From Aplysia californica (taxonomy: Eukaryota), in NCBI RefSeq assembly GCF_000002075.1, contig NW_004797812.1:61185-125184 (forward strand): a stretch of DNA of 64,000 bases. Direction: 5' to 3'. Each line of letters begins with the position of its first letter. Position 1 is the first letter of the stretch. Of this stretch, positions 36,199 through 48,846 are shown one piece after another. Both the position numbers and the translations under genes were made by a program. Below the pieces are notes generated by a model. It ran no database searches and was not told where the DNA came from. It worked only from the letters and a program-made list of their open reading frames with translations.

Positions 36199-36640
36199 AT
36201 ATGTGAGGCAGCGTGGTGGAATCAGGCTCTTGTCAAAATAATGAAATCGAAGAAAACAGCAGTTTTCTCCCTGCTTAACAATTTTTATCAAATATCTGTT
36301 CTTTGGCTCAACACCTTTTATGTCCATTTACAAACACATTCCTTTGAGGATTTCACCGAAAACGTTGATTAAAGGCACAAAAATATAGATTTACAGTTTC
36401 CATGGACTCTCCAGCTTTGGAATTTACCAAGCTTTGGCGGCCATTTTCTCGCTAATTTTACTTCTTAAATCAGGTGACCCCCACCTTCTTCAATCCAAAA
36501 TATCTCCACTTCTATTGAAGATGGATGGGTAATTTTTTTCACTGAAAGCGAGACATATGAACAAGCTTTAAGATGATACCAATAACTCAATATGACCAAA
36601 AATTGACGAGAGCCTGATTCCACCACGCTGCCTCACATAT
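36199..36640. mobile_element. MITE with ~38-bp near-perfect TIRs (ATAT ends)
   Basis: ATATGTGAGGCAGCGTGGTGGAATCAGGCTCTTGTCAA at 36199 is the reverse complement of TTGACGAGAGCCTGATTCCACCACGCTGCCTCACATAT ending at 36640, with 1 mismatch. Confidence 0.92.
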
Positions 36641-37052
36641 AGTATAGAACTCAAATCTAATGACTATAATGTAGCGTACTTACTGAGCCAAGCGTAAGCC
36701 TCTTCTAAACTTCTTCCCGACTACTGGAGGGCCAAAGATTTTATACACATACAACAAAGTGAGCGATCACCCAGAAAGAGCATTGGCCGAGTCGTCGACT
36801 GCGAACGCTGTCAGGGAAGGCGACTGTTTGTATGAGCCAGTGAATCTTAATCACTCACTATTCACCAAGTCCAACCACCAAATAATGTCTATGGCTGGAC
36901 GGAAGAAGAAGAAGAAAAAAATTGAAAACATTGAAACCGCGGAAGTAAATAAAGGGGAACGCATTCTAGAGTTTAGTTCTATTTCGCGGTAAAAGAAGAG
37001 CAGACTGTCTCTCTCTGTCTCTCTCTTTATTTATCTCTTTCTATCTTAACAG

Positions 37053-37111
<59 letters not shown>

Positions 37112-37443
37112 CTCTCACTTTCTCTCTCTCTTTTCTCTCTCCCTTTTCTCTCACTCTCTCTGGATTTCCCACCTGTGCTCTCTCACGTCCATCTTCTCTC
37201 TCTTATTCTCTCACTCTCTTCCTCTCTATTGTACTCCTGGTTTTTTCTCTCTTGTCGTTTCGGGAGTTAAACTTATCGTGAAAATGCCGTTAAATGCCTT
37301 TAGATATTTCAAGCATTAAAGATTGTGTACTGTTCAGTTTTTGGCAGAAAAGAAAACTGAATTTTTGGATGAAAAAAGACAGCAGAATGGGGATTGTTGG
37401 GAAAATTGTTTTAGAAGGAGAAAAAACAAAAATGTGCACGTGC

Positions 37444-37496
<53 letters not shown>

Positions 37497-37596
37497 NNNN
37501 NNNNNNNNNNNNNNNNNNNNNNNNNNNNNNNNNNNNNNNNNNNNNNNNNNNNNNNNNNNNNNNNNNNNNNNNNNNNNNNNNNNNNNNNNNNNNNNN

Positions 37597-37628
<32 letters not shown>

Positions 37629-40368
37629 GATTGGTGAGTAGTTTTGAAGGCTTTTAATGATATTGGTTGCTTTGTGTCATTGAAAGGTGGTACTTCTCTT
37701 TCAATGGGTTGCATTCATCTTTATCTTATCTCACTAATATAGGAATAACGGAAGTTTTAATTGGTCAAAAATTGGACACGTGCATGTGAAAAATAAACAT
37801 CTCCTTGAAGGATAAGAGTCCTTTTTGAATCACATTCTTCAACCTGTTTCTACTGTTTGGCTAATTTTGATAGAATATGTTAAGTTCAAAGATGCGCTTA
37901 CAAGTATTAGATATTTTAGATGCTCCAAAATGCAGTCATTCTCAATATTATTGCCCAAGGAAAGATTTTTGTTTTTGTAAAGGTCTAGGTTTTTTAAATT
38001 ATAAATTTACTCCAAATGAATTATATCAGATTGTAAAAAGGGAACATTTTTAACATATTTACCGGCATATTTTTCTCAATGTTTTTCTATCCTTTTAATC
38101 AATAAATGTATTAAGAAAGACCAATATTTGAAATATCTGTGTATGGCAATTACATTAACAATGGTCTCTTTAGCAATATAGAATACGGTACATACTCTAT
38201 CAAAAGCCAATATATCGCTATTTGTCAATGTCGGTGGGTGCGGGTACCAATGGCAGGGGTTCTCTTCTCTTTTCCCCTGTTGTTTGTGCGTATCAGTCTT
38301 ATTTTTACTATACATTTAACAGTCATTATTACATTGATGAGCTTCTCTTTACTCCAACTTAAAAACTTTAATAACTAACTTAACTTCAAATTTATTTTTC
38401 TCAGAAAGCCGGCAACCCCCATGAGAAGCCAAGAGTGGGTGGTCTGCTGTTACGAGTTCTGTCTATCACACTCAGGCTTAAAGTGACGCAGTGGGGCTGT
38501 AGAGATAGCAGTTAGGGTGGTAGGGAGTTAGATGAATAGGTTAGATCCAGAGCAGGATTTTGTAGGTGTTGCAATAGGCATACCGGAAGGGAGTTGAGGG
38601 GGCAGCGTAAGTTGCTTTCTTTCTTTGTTTGTTTATTTGTTGTTGTTTTTTTAGGGGAGGTAGGAAGGGAAGGGTGGCAGGGGTAGAATGGTGTGGGAGG
38701 AGCTTCTTGCTGATTTTGAGTTTGAGTGTGAGGTCGTTGAGTGGCTGTATACAGGATTGTTCAATGATATATGTGAGCGCGGCACTACCAGAACTGTATC
38801 GATTTTGCCGCAAAATGTGCTGGACCACCAGAGGACCAAACAAAGGATCCCACGACCGGACCATCTACAGGAGGTGTTTGCCTAAAAAGAAATATTTCTT
38901 GGAACACCATTTTTTCATTTAGTAATACATGTATTAGAAAAAGACCTACTGGTGGGAATGAGTTTAATGTAAAAGTTTTGTTTCTGCAATTAGGCGAAAA
39001 AGGAAAATGGTAAAAAGTATGCACTGATATGACAGATTTTTATAAGCGCCCTTCTAAGTTGACACATGTCTTCATCACCAGGACCACCCGCTGGACCGGG
39101 GGACGACCCAGAGAACCAACAGAAGGATCCCACAACCGGACAATCTACTGGAGGTAATTGTCACTGAAATGTCATGGAGCATTATTTGTTCATTATTTCA
39201 GTGAATTTTATTTGTTTAAATACCTATTGGTGAGTGTGAGTTCAACGTAAGTCTTATTTTTGCACCCAGGTGAAAGGACAAACTTATAAAACATATTTAC
39301 TGACAGATTTTAAAAATAAATGCCCTATCCTTCTAGCCAGTGTTATGAAAGGCAGATATTTTAAAAATCTGTTTACGATACCTACTTAAGCAAATTTTCT
39401 CGTTAGCACCATGAAATATATTAATATACACAATAAAAAAACTACCACTATTTCTTACTGTGAGTGGGTGGGTGGTGCAAATGTCAGGTTCTTGGTTTTT
39501 TTTCTTTTCTCTCTGTAGTTTTAATTTTAATGTGCGCTAAGTGTCTACTCTTGTATATTTGCACTTGTCATTGCTCAAAGTTAGTAACTCAAACTTACTT
39601 ATATAATATTGTTTTAGACAGCTGCCTTATCAACAGTTGACAGCCTTCCAAAAAGGAGATACCACCTCCAGACAGCAAGTGCTTTCCCCTCACCCTGGAT
39701 GGTAGCATCCTCCTTCTGCACACGCCACCTAGCCAAATGAAAGTGCTGTGCTAGCATGATCACATTGTGTCAATAGCACTGTGTAACAATGTTTCAATCA
39801 GTCATTCAAGAACTAACAGACAATTGGGTGGTTGGCGGGTGCTCTGGTGTGGTTTGCTTCTTCTTTCCTATCAAACATCTATCGTCTTTATCTCCCCTCC
39901 TTCTTTTTCGTATTTGTTACTCTCTTGTAACACCTCTAATCTTCGGCATAATTTTATATGACCTTATTGTGTTGCAAGTGCCGTAAAACACTTACCAAAA
40001 CTAAAACAGACAATTTCCAGGCATCTAGAATTCCGCCAACATGCAACTACTCTTGAATGGACTTGTCAATTCCTCCAGATAATAACCATGGACAACTTTA
40101 AGAGCTGACTAAGCAGGGTTTTTTCTCTTATATGAAATTATGTTGATAGTGCCGTAAAATCCAGTAAAGAATAAAGAAAGCAATGTTCCTTGTATAATGT
40201 CCAGCTGGGGATTTCGTAACAAAGCCACTGTGATGCAAGGTCACTGATCTAGAAAGACGTTGTTGACATCAGAAGGTCTGGCCATTTTTCTGGTCAAACA
40301 GGTTCCACAGTGCTCTATTGCTGCGCTTTCAGTATATCACACTTTAAATTGGCGAAGTGGGGCTGCAG

Positions 40369-41220
40369 CAGGGGCGGCTCGTTGGGCTAAAAAGAGGACA
40401 GGCATAATTAAGCTATCGCATGCTGAAGATACTCAAGGGCATAGTAAATGAGATGGTGCATAATAGTAGAATCTTTGTGTTGGTGAGGGAGGACCTCGTG
40501 CTTCTATTTTCATTCGTTTTACTTGTCGCTTTAATTTCTAGTACTAAATTTGTTTGTTAGCTAAACATCAATTTCGTTCATCCTGTATACACTCTAGAAG
40601 TAACTTTCACTACCCCACTACAAAACCCTTCAAAGGCACAACTCGTAGAACGGTCACGTTCACCTCCCTCAGGTTCACGGTCACGAGTCACTTAAAATAG
40701 TGGCAAGACAGACAATGAACCAATCACAATTCACTTGAGCACTCCGCTGGATTGCTCCGGGGCTCACATAAATTGATAAATTGGCAAAGAATAGCATAGG
40801 GTCTATCGCGTTTATTTTTAGACTGCCTACTGTTGGCTATGTTTCGGCACTATTCGGCAGGAGCACATTTGAGATGTGCCGTCTTATTAATATTAATGTA
40901 CCGCCAAACTCGCTACGAGTGTCGTCATCGCTTGGGTTATCCCAAAGAGCGATTTTAAGGTCAGGTTACACTGTTGAACATCCTATTATATTAAGCTAAA
41001 GCGCATGGACTTTGGCATGGCATAGTAGATGTTCTACGGCGCTATAGACACAGAATTGATAGTTATGGCACCAGTGAGGACCTTGTTTTGATATAATATT
41101 TAGCTAGTGTTTGTTTCTGACTTCTTTTATTTTATTATTGTGGGTGTTTTACGTAATATAACATTATTTAAAAAATTGGGCGGCACTGCACAACCGTGCT
41201 CTATGGGCGAACCGCGCCTG
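40369..41220 (+). mobile_element. hAT-like non-autonomous element, copy 1
   Basis: Termini CAGGGGCGGCTCGT and GCGAACCGCGCCTG. 8-bp TSD GGCTGCAG (40361-68) and AGCTGCAG (41221-28). Collinear with 47985-48846. Confidence 0.88.
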
Positions 41221-44200
41221 AGCTGCAGAGATAGGCAGATAGGTTGATAGGGAGCAAGGTGGATAGGCTAGGTTCGGAGTAGGATTTTGTAGATATTGCC
41301 ATGGCCATTGCGGGAGGGAGCTGAGGGGGCAGTGTAGGTTTTTAAAGGTACTTTTTAAAGGGGGAATTTTGGGGGGTAGAAGGGAGTGGGAAGAGTAGCC
41401 TACTGATTTTTATCTTGAGTTTGAGATTGTTGGGGTGGATTTTGTATTCTGTAATGTTCGTCGCAATTTGTTAGTGTCGTAAATAAATGTTACTCGTATG
41501 AGGCAAATACAAATCAAGAAGCACTGCCAATCCTTAGTTTGGCCTTTAGCCTTTGGCCTTCTGTGGTAGACCTACTGATACCACCACTGTTTTCTTGACC
41601 AAGAGGTTGTAGTTGTGAAAAGAAGTTTACTCCGACCCCATGTTGTTGACACTTTGGGACTCCTTGACTTACCTCCGTCCCCTCTTGGTGACCCTTTAGT
41701 AAGTCTCACTGACTTAGCTCCAACCTCTTGTTGCTGACCATTTAGAACTTTACTTTTAGTCCGATCCCACATTGTTGACCTTCGGTACTTTGGTCTTGAC
41801 TTTCTCCAACACCTCACTGGTGACCATTTAGAATTCAAGTCTTGAATTAACTGCTACCCCTCATTGTTGAATGTAATCACTTAGCTCTGGCTCCTTTATT
41901 GTTGACCACTCACAACACTATTCAGTTTTTATAAATGAAGTTTCCTGATAAAAGGTATAAAAGTACTGTCAGAACTATCATTGTATGTGGTATGTCAGTT
42001 TACCTGTCTTTGAGCAAAGTTGGATTTGTCAAATCTGTGCAAAGAGCTCCTTTTGTGTGAGAGGCTAAAAACTAAATCAAATAAATCTACAATATGGAAT
42101 CTATCTTACTGGTTATCTGTTTTATTATTGGTGAAATATTCATTTTCATTTCGTTTTTCTTCTTGAGTGATTAGAGAGTGTCAGAAATAGGTCATTATAC
42201 TTCTTTTCTTTCCGTCTGTTTATTTTTCTTTCTGTCTGTCTGTTTTACGTTCCACCCAGCTGTCTTAATAGCCGTTTTTTGTTTCTCTGTGCTTCTCTTC
42301 ACTTTTTCATTCTTTTTTAAAATTGTCATTATGCCTTCGCTACAGGTGGTTTTTAAAACTCTTCTTGATTATTCCTAATTAGTATCATACGCGAACAATA
42401 ATTGCTCATTTTTGCCTGCAAGTTGTGCCTCGGTGTTATATTTGTGGGTCTTCCTATTTATTTTGTGCTTTTTAAAAAACTCATGCTTAAATGTACTAGT
42501 CTGTGGTGTAGAGGTTAATCTCTTTGCCGTCGCACTCATAAAACTTGAGTTTCATTTCCGAATGACTCGGTTTATCTCTGTCTATCTACTGGGATGATGT
42601 ATTCCTCCGTTGGCCAGATATGCCTGCCTCAGAAATTAGCGATGGCAAGTAGATGCTGTTAAATATTAAAATTTATAATTACAAGTACTAAATATTATGA
42701 TTCAGGTTTCTGTGTTGTAGCGGTGAGCTGTTCTGCAGAAGCATACACACGACCTGAGTAAAATTTCCTTGTTGGGAGAATTTTTATCGAGTATCTCAAT
42801 TTTCTGCTGAGATTTTGTATCCTCCTCAATCCGTGTTGGCCGTGACAGGCAGGGTCGAAGCCCACCTTCTAAATTATCTACTTTGTCTTTATTTAGGCGT
42901 GTACAACTTATATTCAAAAAAGGTTTTCATCCAAGTCGACGGGGCAAGGTTTATCATGTTTTTTTCTCTCCAAACAATCTAAATAATTGATGTAGCTGCT
43001 TGGGGGGGGGGTAAGACAGGTCAGGCAGAAAATAAGTTTGGGACTGGGATATTAAAATTCATCCATGTTGATATTCACAAACTTCAAAATCAGAAACAAG
43101 TCCTTTATAACAGCGCACTAATTTCTATCCTTTACAGTGCAAGTTTTTGACACCCCCACTGACATAATTGGGGCGGCTTTAAACTTTTCTGTCAGGGTCA
43201 ACCTGTGCACAGAGAGATACTAAGCTTAGGAGGATACAGACCTGTAAGACCATGAATTCCTGCAGCAGGTAACAGGTGGCCAGTATTAGTGCCAACAACA
43301 GAGACGAGGTGACGTGTCTATAGACAAACTGTCATTGCCGTTGCTGCTGAAGATGTTATCTCTTGACTCGGGAGCCTCTGGGGTTGACGTGCAATGATCC
43401 GCCATCCCCTTCGGTTGTTTACAGCTCTGATGCACTGCTTCAACGATCATGCTGGCTATAACTTTATGCTGTCTTTGTTAGTAGTCTTTGTCGTCCTACT
43501 GCACTCAATCTTTCTAGCTTACCTTCTTGTATTTCTTTTTGAAGTGTTGGGTGTCTCTTCAGACTTAAGACGTTAAAACTGTCTTGAGTCGATGGCACAC
43601 GTATTGCGCACTGATCAGCCATCTCCGAGTACCGCCCCATCCCATTCCCAGTTATATGTGGTTAAGGAAAGGTTCCCTTTGCCTGAGAGTCATTGAGCAA
43701 ACAAAGAAAAGAGAAGATACGGAAATGATTACAGCTTTGGACTTTTCTATAATCATATAGCTATTTTTTTGTGTCACAAAGAACGTAATGTTTTATTACT
43801 TCAGCATTTGAAAGCTAATTACCAAATAGATTCCTCCAGTCTCCCGCTAATAATGTAGACTGTCAAAAGGTTAATGTTCCAATTATTTTTGTTTCGAGTA
43901 TATTAGAGAGAAAAATAGAAGTAATAAGTAATCTAATGGATAATACTGTTGTCTCATGAACGTTTTGGGTGTATCGACTACAATATTCACGGATATTATT
44001 TTAATTAGGTGTAACAGGGAGTGGTACATCATTGTTTACTTAAGCATAACTACTAATGATTTCTACTTACATTTTCCTGTTCCTTGTGTTGTCCTCTAAA
44101 ATGAAGATTGTAAATTGACACTTTAAAGGTCGTGTTTGCTAAAATACTGCTATATATTGTTCCACCATACAATAAATCTGCGATCTTTGTAAAGTAGATG

Positions 44201-44514
44201 GTATACAAAGGTCACTCTTGGTTCAGAGAACTTTGTTTTCGACTATAGAACATTTGTATCGTCCAACTTTGTACTCTTAGCTTTGCGTTCTTTCGTAACT
44301 CTGAGAACTTAGGAACCGGAGGCTACAGATCTTGTTCAGACTGAGGGAGTTGAGTTGCAACAAAAACGTGCTATTGAAGTTATTCACTGTGTCCCAAAGA
44401 TATGTGTCCGGCCATATATAGGCTATTTTATTTGAATAACATTTAATCTTCCACGTGACACGTCTTTTACCTGAATTATTTTGTACATTTAAAGAGACGT
44501 TTACGGAGATAACC

Positions 44515-45642
44515 ATGGCTATGAATAACATGACGACAGTTGAAGATGATTTCCCTGCAAGGGAGAGGATTCTTCCTGGTCTTATCAGCAATGACGTGTT
44601 TTACCATGTGTCAATGTTCCAATTCTGGCTCCTCACGATCACCGTATTAACTGGACTGACTTCCAACAGCCTCAACGTTTGCATCTTCCTCGTCATGAGA
44701 CTCCGTGATCCAGTGACTGTATCACTTTTCTTTTTGTCGCTTTCAGACCTCTTTGGTTTGCTCTTTATCGGATACATTTGCGTGACAACGTTCCTGATCC
44801 GCTATATGGAGACATCTACGTGGGCCGTGAACCCTTTTATCTTATCTGTTTATGTCTTTTGGTACGCAAATCCGTTTTACAACATGTCTTTATTCACCAA
44901 CACCTACATTGCAGTAGCCAGGTGTTGTTGTGTTACAAAGGCTTTGCAATTCAAACTTCTATTTTCGCTTCGTCGCACATACATCGCTATAGTTATTTTA
45001 GCTGTAGTCAGTTTAGCCATGGGTCTGCCTATGATTTCCACGCAAGAACTGCGTTGGTGGTCAGTAAATACTACAGAAACAGCTCGTCTGATTCTTGTGC
45101 GAAAATCTGGGTATAGCCAAGCTAGAGCTTTCCATGACCTCTTCAGCAAAAACGTTATCTTGTACACGTGTGTTTTTATATCGCTCATCTGTGTTATCAC
45201 TTTAATCCGGACATTAAAAAAACAGTCGAAGTTCCGCAGCAAGAACTCCTCCACAGCCACGTCAATGACATATTCAACACAAGCACTTGAAAACGACAAC
45301 ACCAAAAATACCAACAAACCAGAACAGACAAACAAAGCGGGTACTTCGACTCTTAACGCAAATGAGATACAAGTGGTGAAGTTAGTCACACTCGTTGCGG
45401 CCATATTTGTTACCACCCGTTTTTTCCCAATCCTCAATTACACTGTGCGAAGAGTGGTGCCAGAATTTGACATAGGAAAACGATACAACAACATTTATTT
45501 CGCGAGCAATAACTTTGGGACACTCTGTACTAATTTGAGCGCCGCTGTGAACAGCTTTGTCTACTACATGTTCAGCTCCAAGTATCGAAAGGTGGTAATG
45601 ACTCTTTGCTTCACTCGGTTCCTGGACAGCCCTTCTAAGTGA
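44515..45642 (+). CDS. intronless rhodopsin-class GPCR, chemosensory-receptor-A-like (paralog 2, 375 aa)
   Basis: Same 7TM motifs as paralog 1. The start is moved from the ORF-track GTG at 44455 to ACCATGG at 44515, which aligns with the starts of paralogs 1 and 3. Confidence 0.93.
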   Translation: MAMNNMTTVEDDFPARERILPGLISNDVFYHVSMFQFWLLTITVLTGLTSNSLNVCIFLVMRLRDPVTVSLFFLSLSDLFGLLFIGYICVTTFLIRYMETSTWAVNPFILSVYVFWYANPFYNMSLFTNTYIAVARCCCVTKALQFKLLFSLRRTYIAIVILAVVSLAMGLPMISTQELRWWSVNTTETARLILVRKSGYSQARAFHDLFSKNVILYTCVFISLICVITLIRTLKKQSKFRSKNSSTATSMTYSTQALENDNTKNTNKPEQTNKAGTSTLNANEIQVVKLVTLVAAIFVTTRFFPILNYTVRRVVPEFDIGKRYNNIYFASNNFGTLCTNLSAAVNSFVYYMFSSKYRKVVMTLCFTRFLDSPSK

Positions 45643-47171
45643 TACAACCAACTCCGGAGAAAGCACTATGAAAGACAGTAGACTTTCCGCATATAGTCTC
45701 AACGTTCTTCAGTTTTAGGGGGGGGGGTAAGGTTGTTTTTTGGTTTGTTTTGTTTTGTTATGTTTTGTTTTGTTTATCAAAGTTTAACTCAGAAATAAGC
45801 AGGATGCAAGTCACTTTACGGGACCTGAATTTGATCCCCAGTAAAAAAAAAACAACCAAAAAACCATGCTGACGGGAACTGTTCTAGCAGGTATAACACA
45901 AAATTAAAACCTCACACTTTATAAAGGACTATCAGACTCCTGTGTGCTGATCTAACTGGAAATTGACAGAGCGTCAATGGACATAAAACAAGAGCAATAT
46001 TTATTTTATGCCAAGCCAGTCTGTATCGATTCAGTCTGAGTAATAGATCTGTCTTTTCAATGTTTATGTACCTGGTAACGAAGGGTGTCTTTATGTTCAA
46101 GAAAGTCTATGAAGTTTTAAAAACACTTGCACCTTTATATATTCAATTTACATCATTTAAGAGGCTTGCAACTTCCACCCTGCTTCTCAGGACCAGCCAG
46201 GCAGAGTGGAATATTATAACATTCAAAAAGAGATGATTATGAGCACACGATGGAGTACACGTCTCAATTCGAGAATTAAACTCGTTTTTTTTTCTCCTAG
46301 CAATGAAAATAAACCGCAGGTACAGGTCCAAAAGCACCAGCAATGTCTTTATCTGTATTTGCGATAAAAAGTACAGTGAAAATGATACTATTTCGAATTT
46401 TGTTTTGTGTCTGTCGTTGTTGCAATAGGACTGATGCGTTCAATCAAAGTTTGTATACTGCATGGTGGGTCTATCTGTGAATAAGTGCTCTCCGCAATCT
46501 ACGCGCAATAACATAGTGGTTAACGTTCACGCGGATAAAGACACTTTGTGATTTGGTTCTGGCCTCAGACGTTACGAGGACAATCTTAGATTATCCAAAC
46601 TGATCTGACTTTTAAAAAATCTTTATCGTTCCTAACTGCTCGCCTCGGACCGCTTCAATCTAAAAAATGTTGATATGTTTAATGATGTTTAAGTTCCTTG
46701 TCAAAACTGAATGTGAACAATTTAGAGGACGGCCTGCTTTTACCTTGCTTATAAGAGAAAACTCGAATATCTCATCAGAAAAAAACAAGACATTAAAAAA
46801 ACAAACCTCCCCTCACGAGGGAAACGGACTGGGATGCGTTCTATACGGAATTTTACACTGACATAATCTCAGTTGGAATTTATTTCCAGGGAGAATTTTT
46901 ATCTCTTTTGAAAAAAAAAAGTTATGAAAAGCACACTATAACTCTCCACCTAACAATGGAAAAACAATTGCTGGTTCAATAAAGAATGGCAAAATCCTTT
47001 CAAAGCACAAAACAACACAAAAAACTTGCACCATACATGAACAGTTTATCACTCAAAATCCTTTTGAAAATCTTGTATACGTGTATTTTTATTTTTGAAT
47101 ATAAGAACGTCGATGATCATGTCTTTAGTCAAATAAAATGTCACAGCATCCAACCAAGTGTGTACTTAATT

Positions 47172-47365
47172 ATCTATGTTATACTACAACCTATCTATGT
47201 TTTGCTACAACCTATCTATGTTCTGCTACAACCTATCAATGAAATACTACAACCTGTCATGAAATACTACAACCTATCTAGAAAATACTACAACCTATCT
47301 ATGTTCTACTACAACCTGTCTATGTTAGTCCTACAACAAGCTATCTTTATTCTACTACAACCTAA
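47172..47365. repeat. minisatellite, 9 copies of ~21-bp TACTACAACCTATCTATGTT(A/C)
   Basis: Directly visible. The homologous site downstream of paralog 1 (21770-21810) has only 2 units. Confidence 0.92.
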
Positions 47366-47859
47366 ACATACAAAAACATGCCAGTGTAGAAAAGAACTAT
47401 AGGCTTCTGAAGTGTGGCAGCGCTTAAGAAAAACACTTTTTCTAAGAGATCGGTTTTTCCATTTGTGATAGAATCTATTAAGCCTTATCCGAATGCAAAG
47501 AAATGTTGCGCCAATATCAGAACGAAACCAAAGTGTGCACAAAGTGCACTATGTATATTGACGTCATGGTACTAAGACTTCATCAAGGCGTTCTCGTAGG
47601 CCGAGTGGTGTGGACACCACATTAAGGGAATTGGCAACACCTTCATTACATAACAACCTTATAAAGTTATGGAAATATATTTGATGGGTCGTATTCCTTC
47701 TAGGTTTTTACTGTTTGCCGTGTGTGTGTGTGTGTGGGGGGGGGGGGGGTTGTTTGTGTGATTGTGTGTGTGTTCATGTTGTTTTGTTTGTGTGTGTATA
47801 TGTGTGTGATTTCTCTCGTGTGTGTTAGTCTGTCTTTGTATATAAGAGGATACGTATGT

Positions 47860-47922
<63 letters not shown>

Positions 47923-47984
47923 TGTGTGTGAGCTTTTGTGTGGTGTAATAAGGACAGACTCATTGCCCTTGTTGACCCGTGAAC

Positions 47985-48846
47985 AAGGGGCGGCTCGTGG
48001 GTAGGAAAAGTGGGCGTGCACAATTAAGCTATATTAGGCTGAAGATAATCAAGGGCAGAGTAAATGGGATGGTGTATAATTTTAGGATCTTTGGGTTGGT
48101 GAAGGAACACCTTGTGTTTTTATTTTCATTCTTTTTACTTGTGGCTTTGACTTCTAGAACTAAATCTGTTAGTTAGCTAAACGTCAATTTCATTCATCCT
48201 GCATTAGAACTGAACACTTAAGTAATACCTTTCACCACTCCACTACACAACCGTTCAAAAGCACAACTCATAGGACGGCGACTTAAGTATGTCACGTTTA
48301 CCTCCCTCAGGTTCACGGTCACAGAGTCACTTAAAATAGCGACAAGACAATGAACCTATCACAATTCACTTGAGCACTCCGCTGGATTGCTCCGGGCTCA
48401 CATAATTTTGGCATGGAATAGTGCACAGTCTATGGCGTTTATTTTTAGATTGCCTACTGTGGGCTATGTTTCGGCGCTATTCGGCAGAAGCACATTTGAG
48501 ATGTGCCGTCTTATTAATATTAATGTACCACCAAACTCTCTACAAGTGTCGTCATCGCTTGGGTTATCCCAAAGACCGATTTATAAGTCGGGTTTCCACT
48601 GTTGACTATCCTGTTATGTCTAGATACAACGCATGAACTTAGGCATGGCATAGTAGATGTTTTACGGCGCTATAGAATAGAAATGATAGTTACGGCGACA
48701 GCGAGGGCCTTGTTTTGATATAATGTTTGGTTAGTGTTTGTTTCTGGCGTCTTTTATTTTATTATTGTGGGTGTTGTTACGTCATAGAACATTAAAACAT
48801 TTTGGGCGGCACTGCACGACCGTGCTCTATGGACGAACCGCGCCTG
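47985..48846 (+). mobile_element. hAT-like non-autonomous element, copy 2
   Basis: Perfect 8-bp TSD CCGTGAAC at 47977-84 and 48847-54. The empty paralogous site, with a single CCGTGAAC, is at 61693-61700. Confidence 0.92.

Noticed and set aside
43466-43576. Conserved hydrophobic micropeptide ~1 kb upstream of each GPCR (MLSLLVVFV...)
   Set aside because: The frame is not conserved: the paralog-1 copy (25435 minus) frameshifts after ~16 codons and the paralog-3 copy has a different length. T-rich DNA yields hydrophobic codons by default.
44455-44514. 20-aa N-terminal extension of paralog 2 given by the ORF track
   Set aside because: It depends on a GTG start. The ACCATGG at 44515 aligns with the ATG of the other two paralogs.
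44904-45437. Antisense and alternate-frame ORFs over the GPCR genes (also 23413-23787, 23728-24072, 58222-58572)
   Set aside because: These are shadows of the real CDS, and their starts and stops differ between paralogs.
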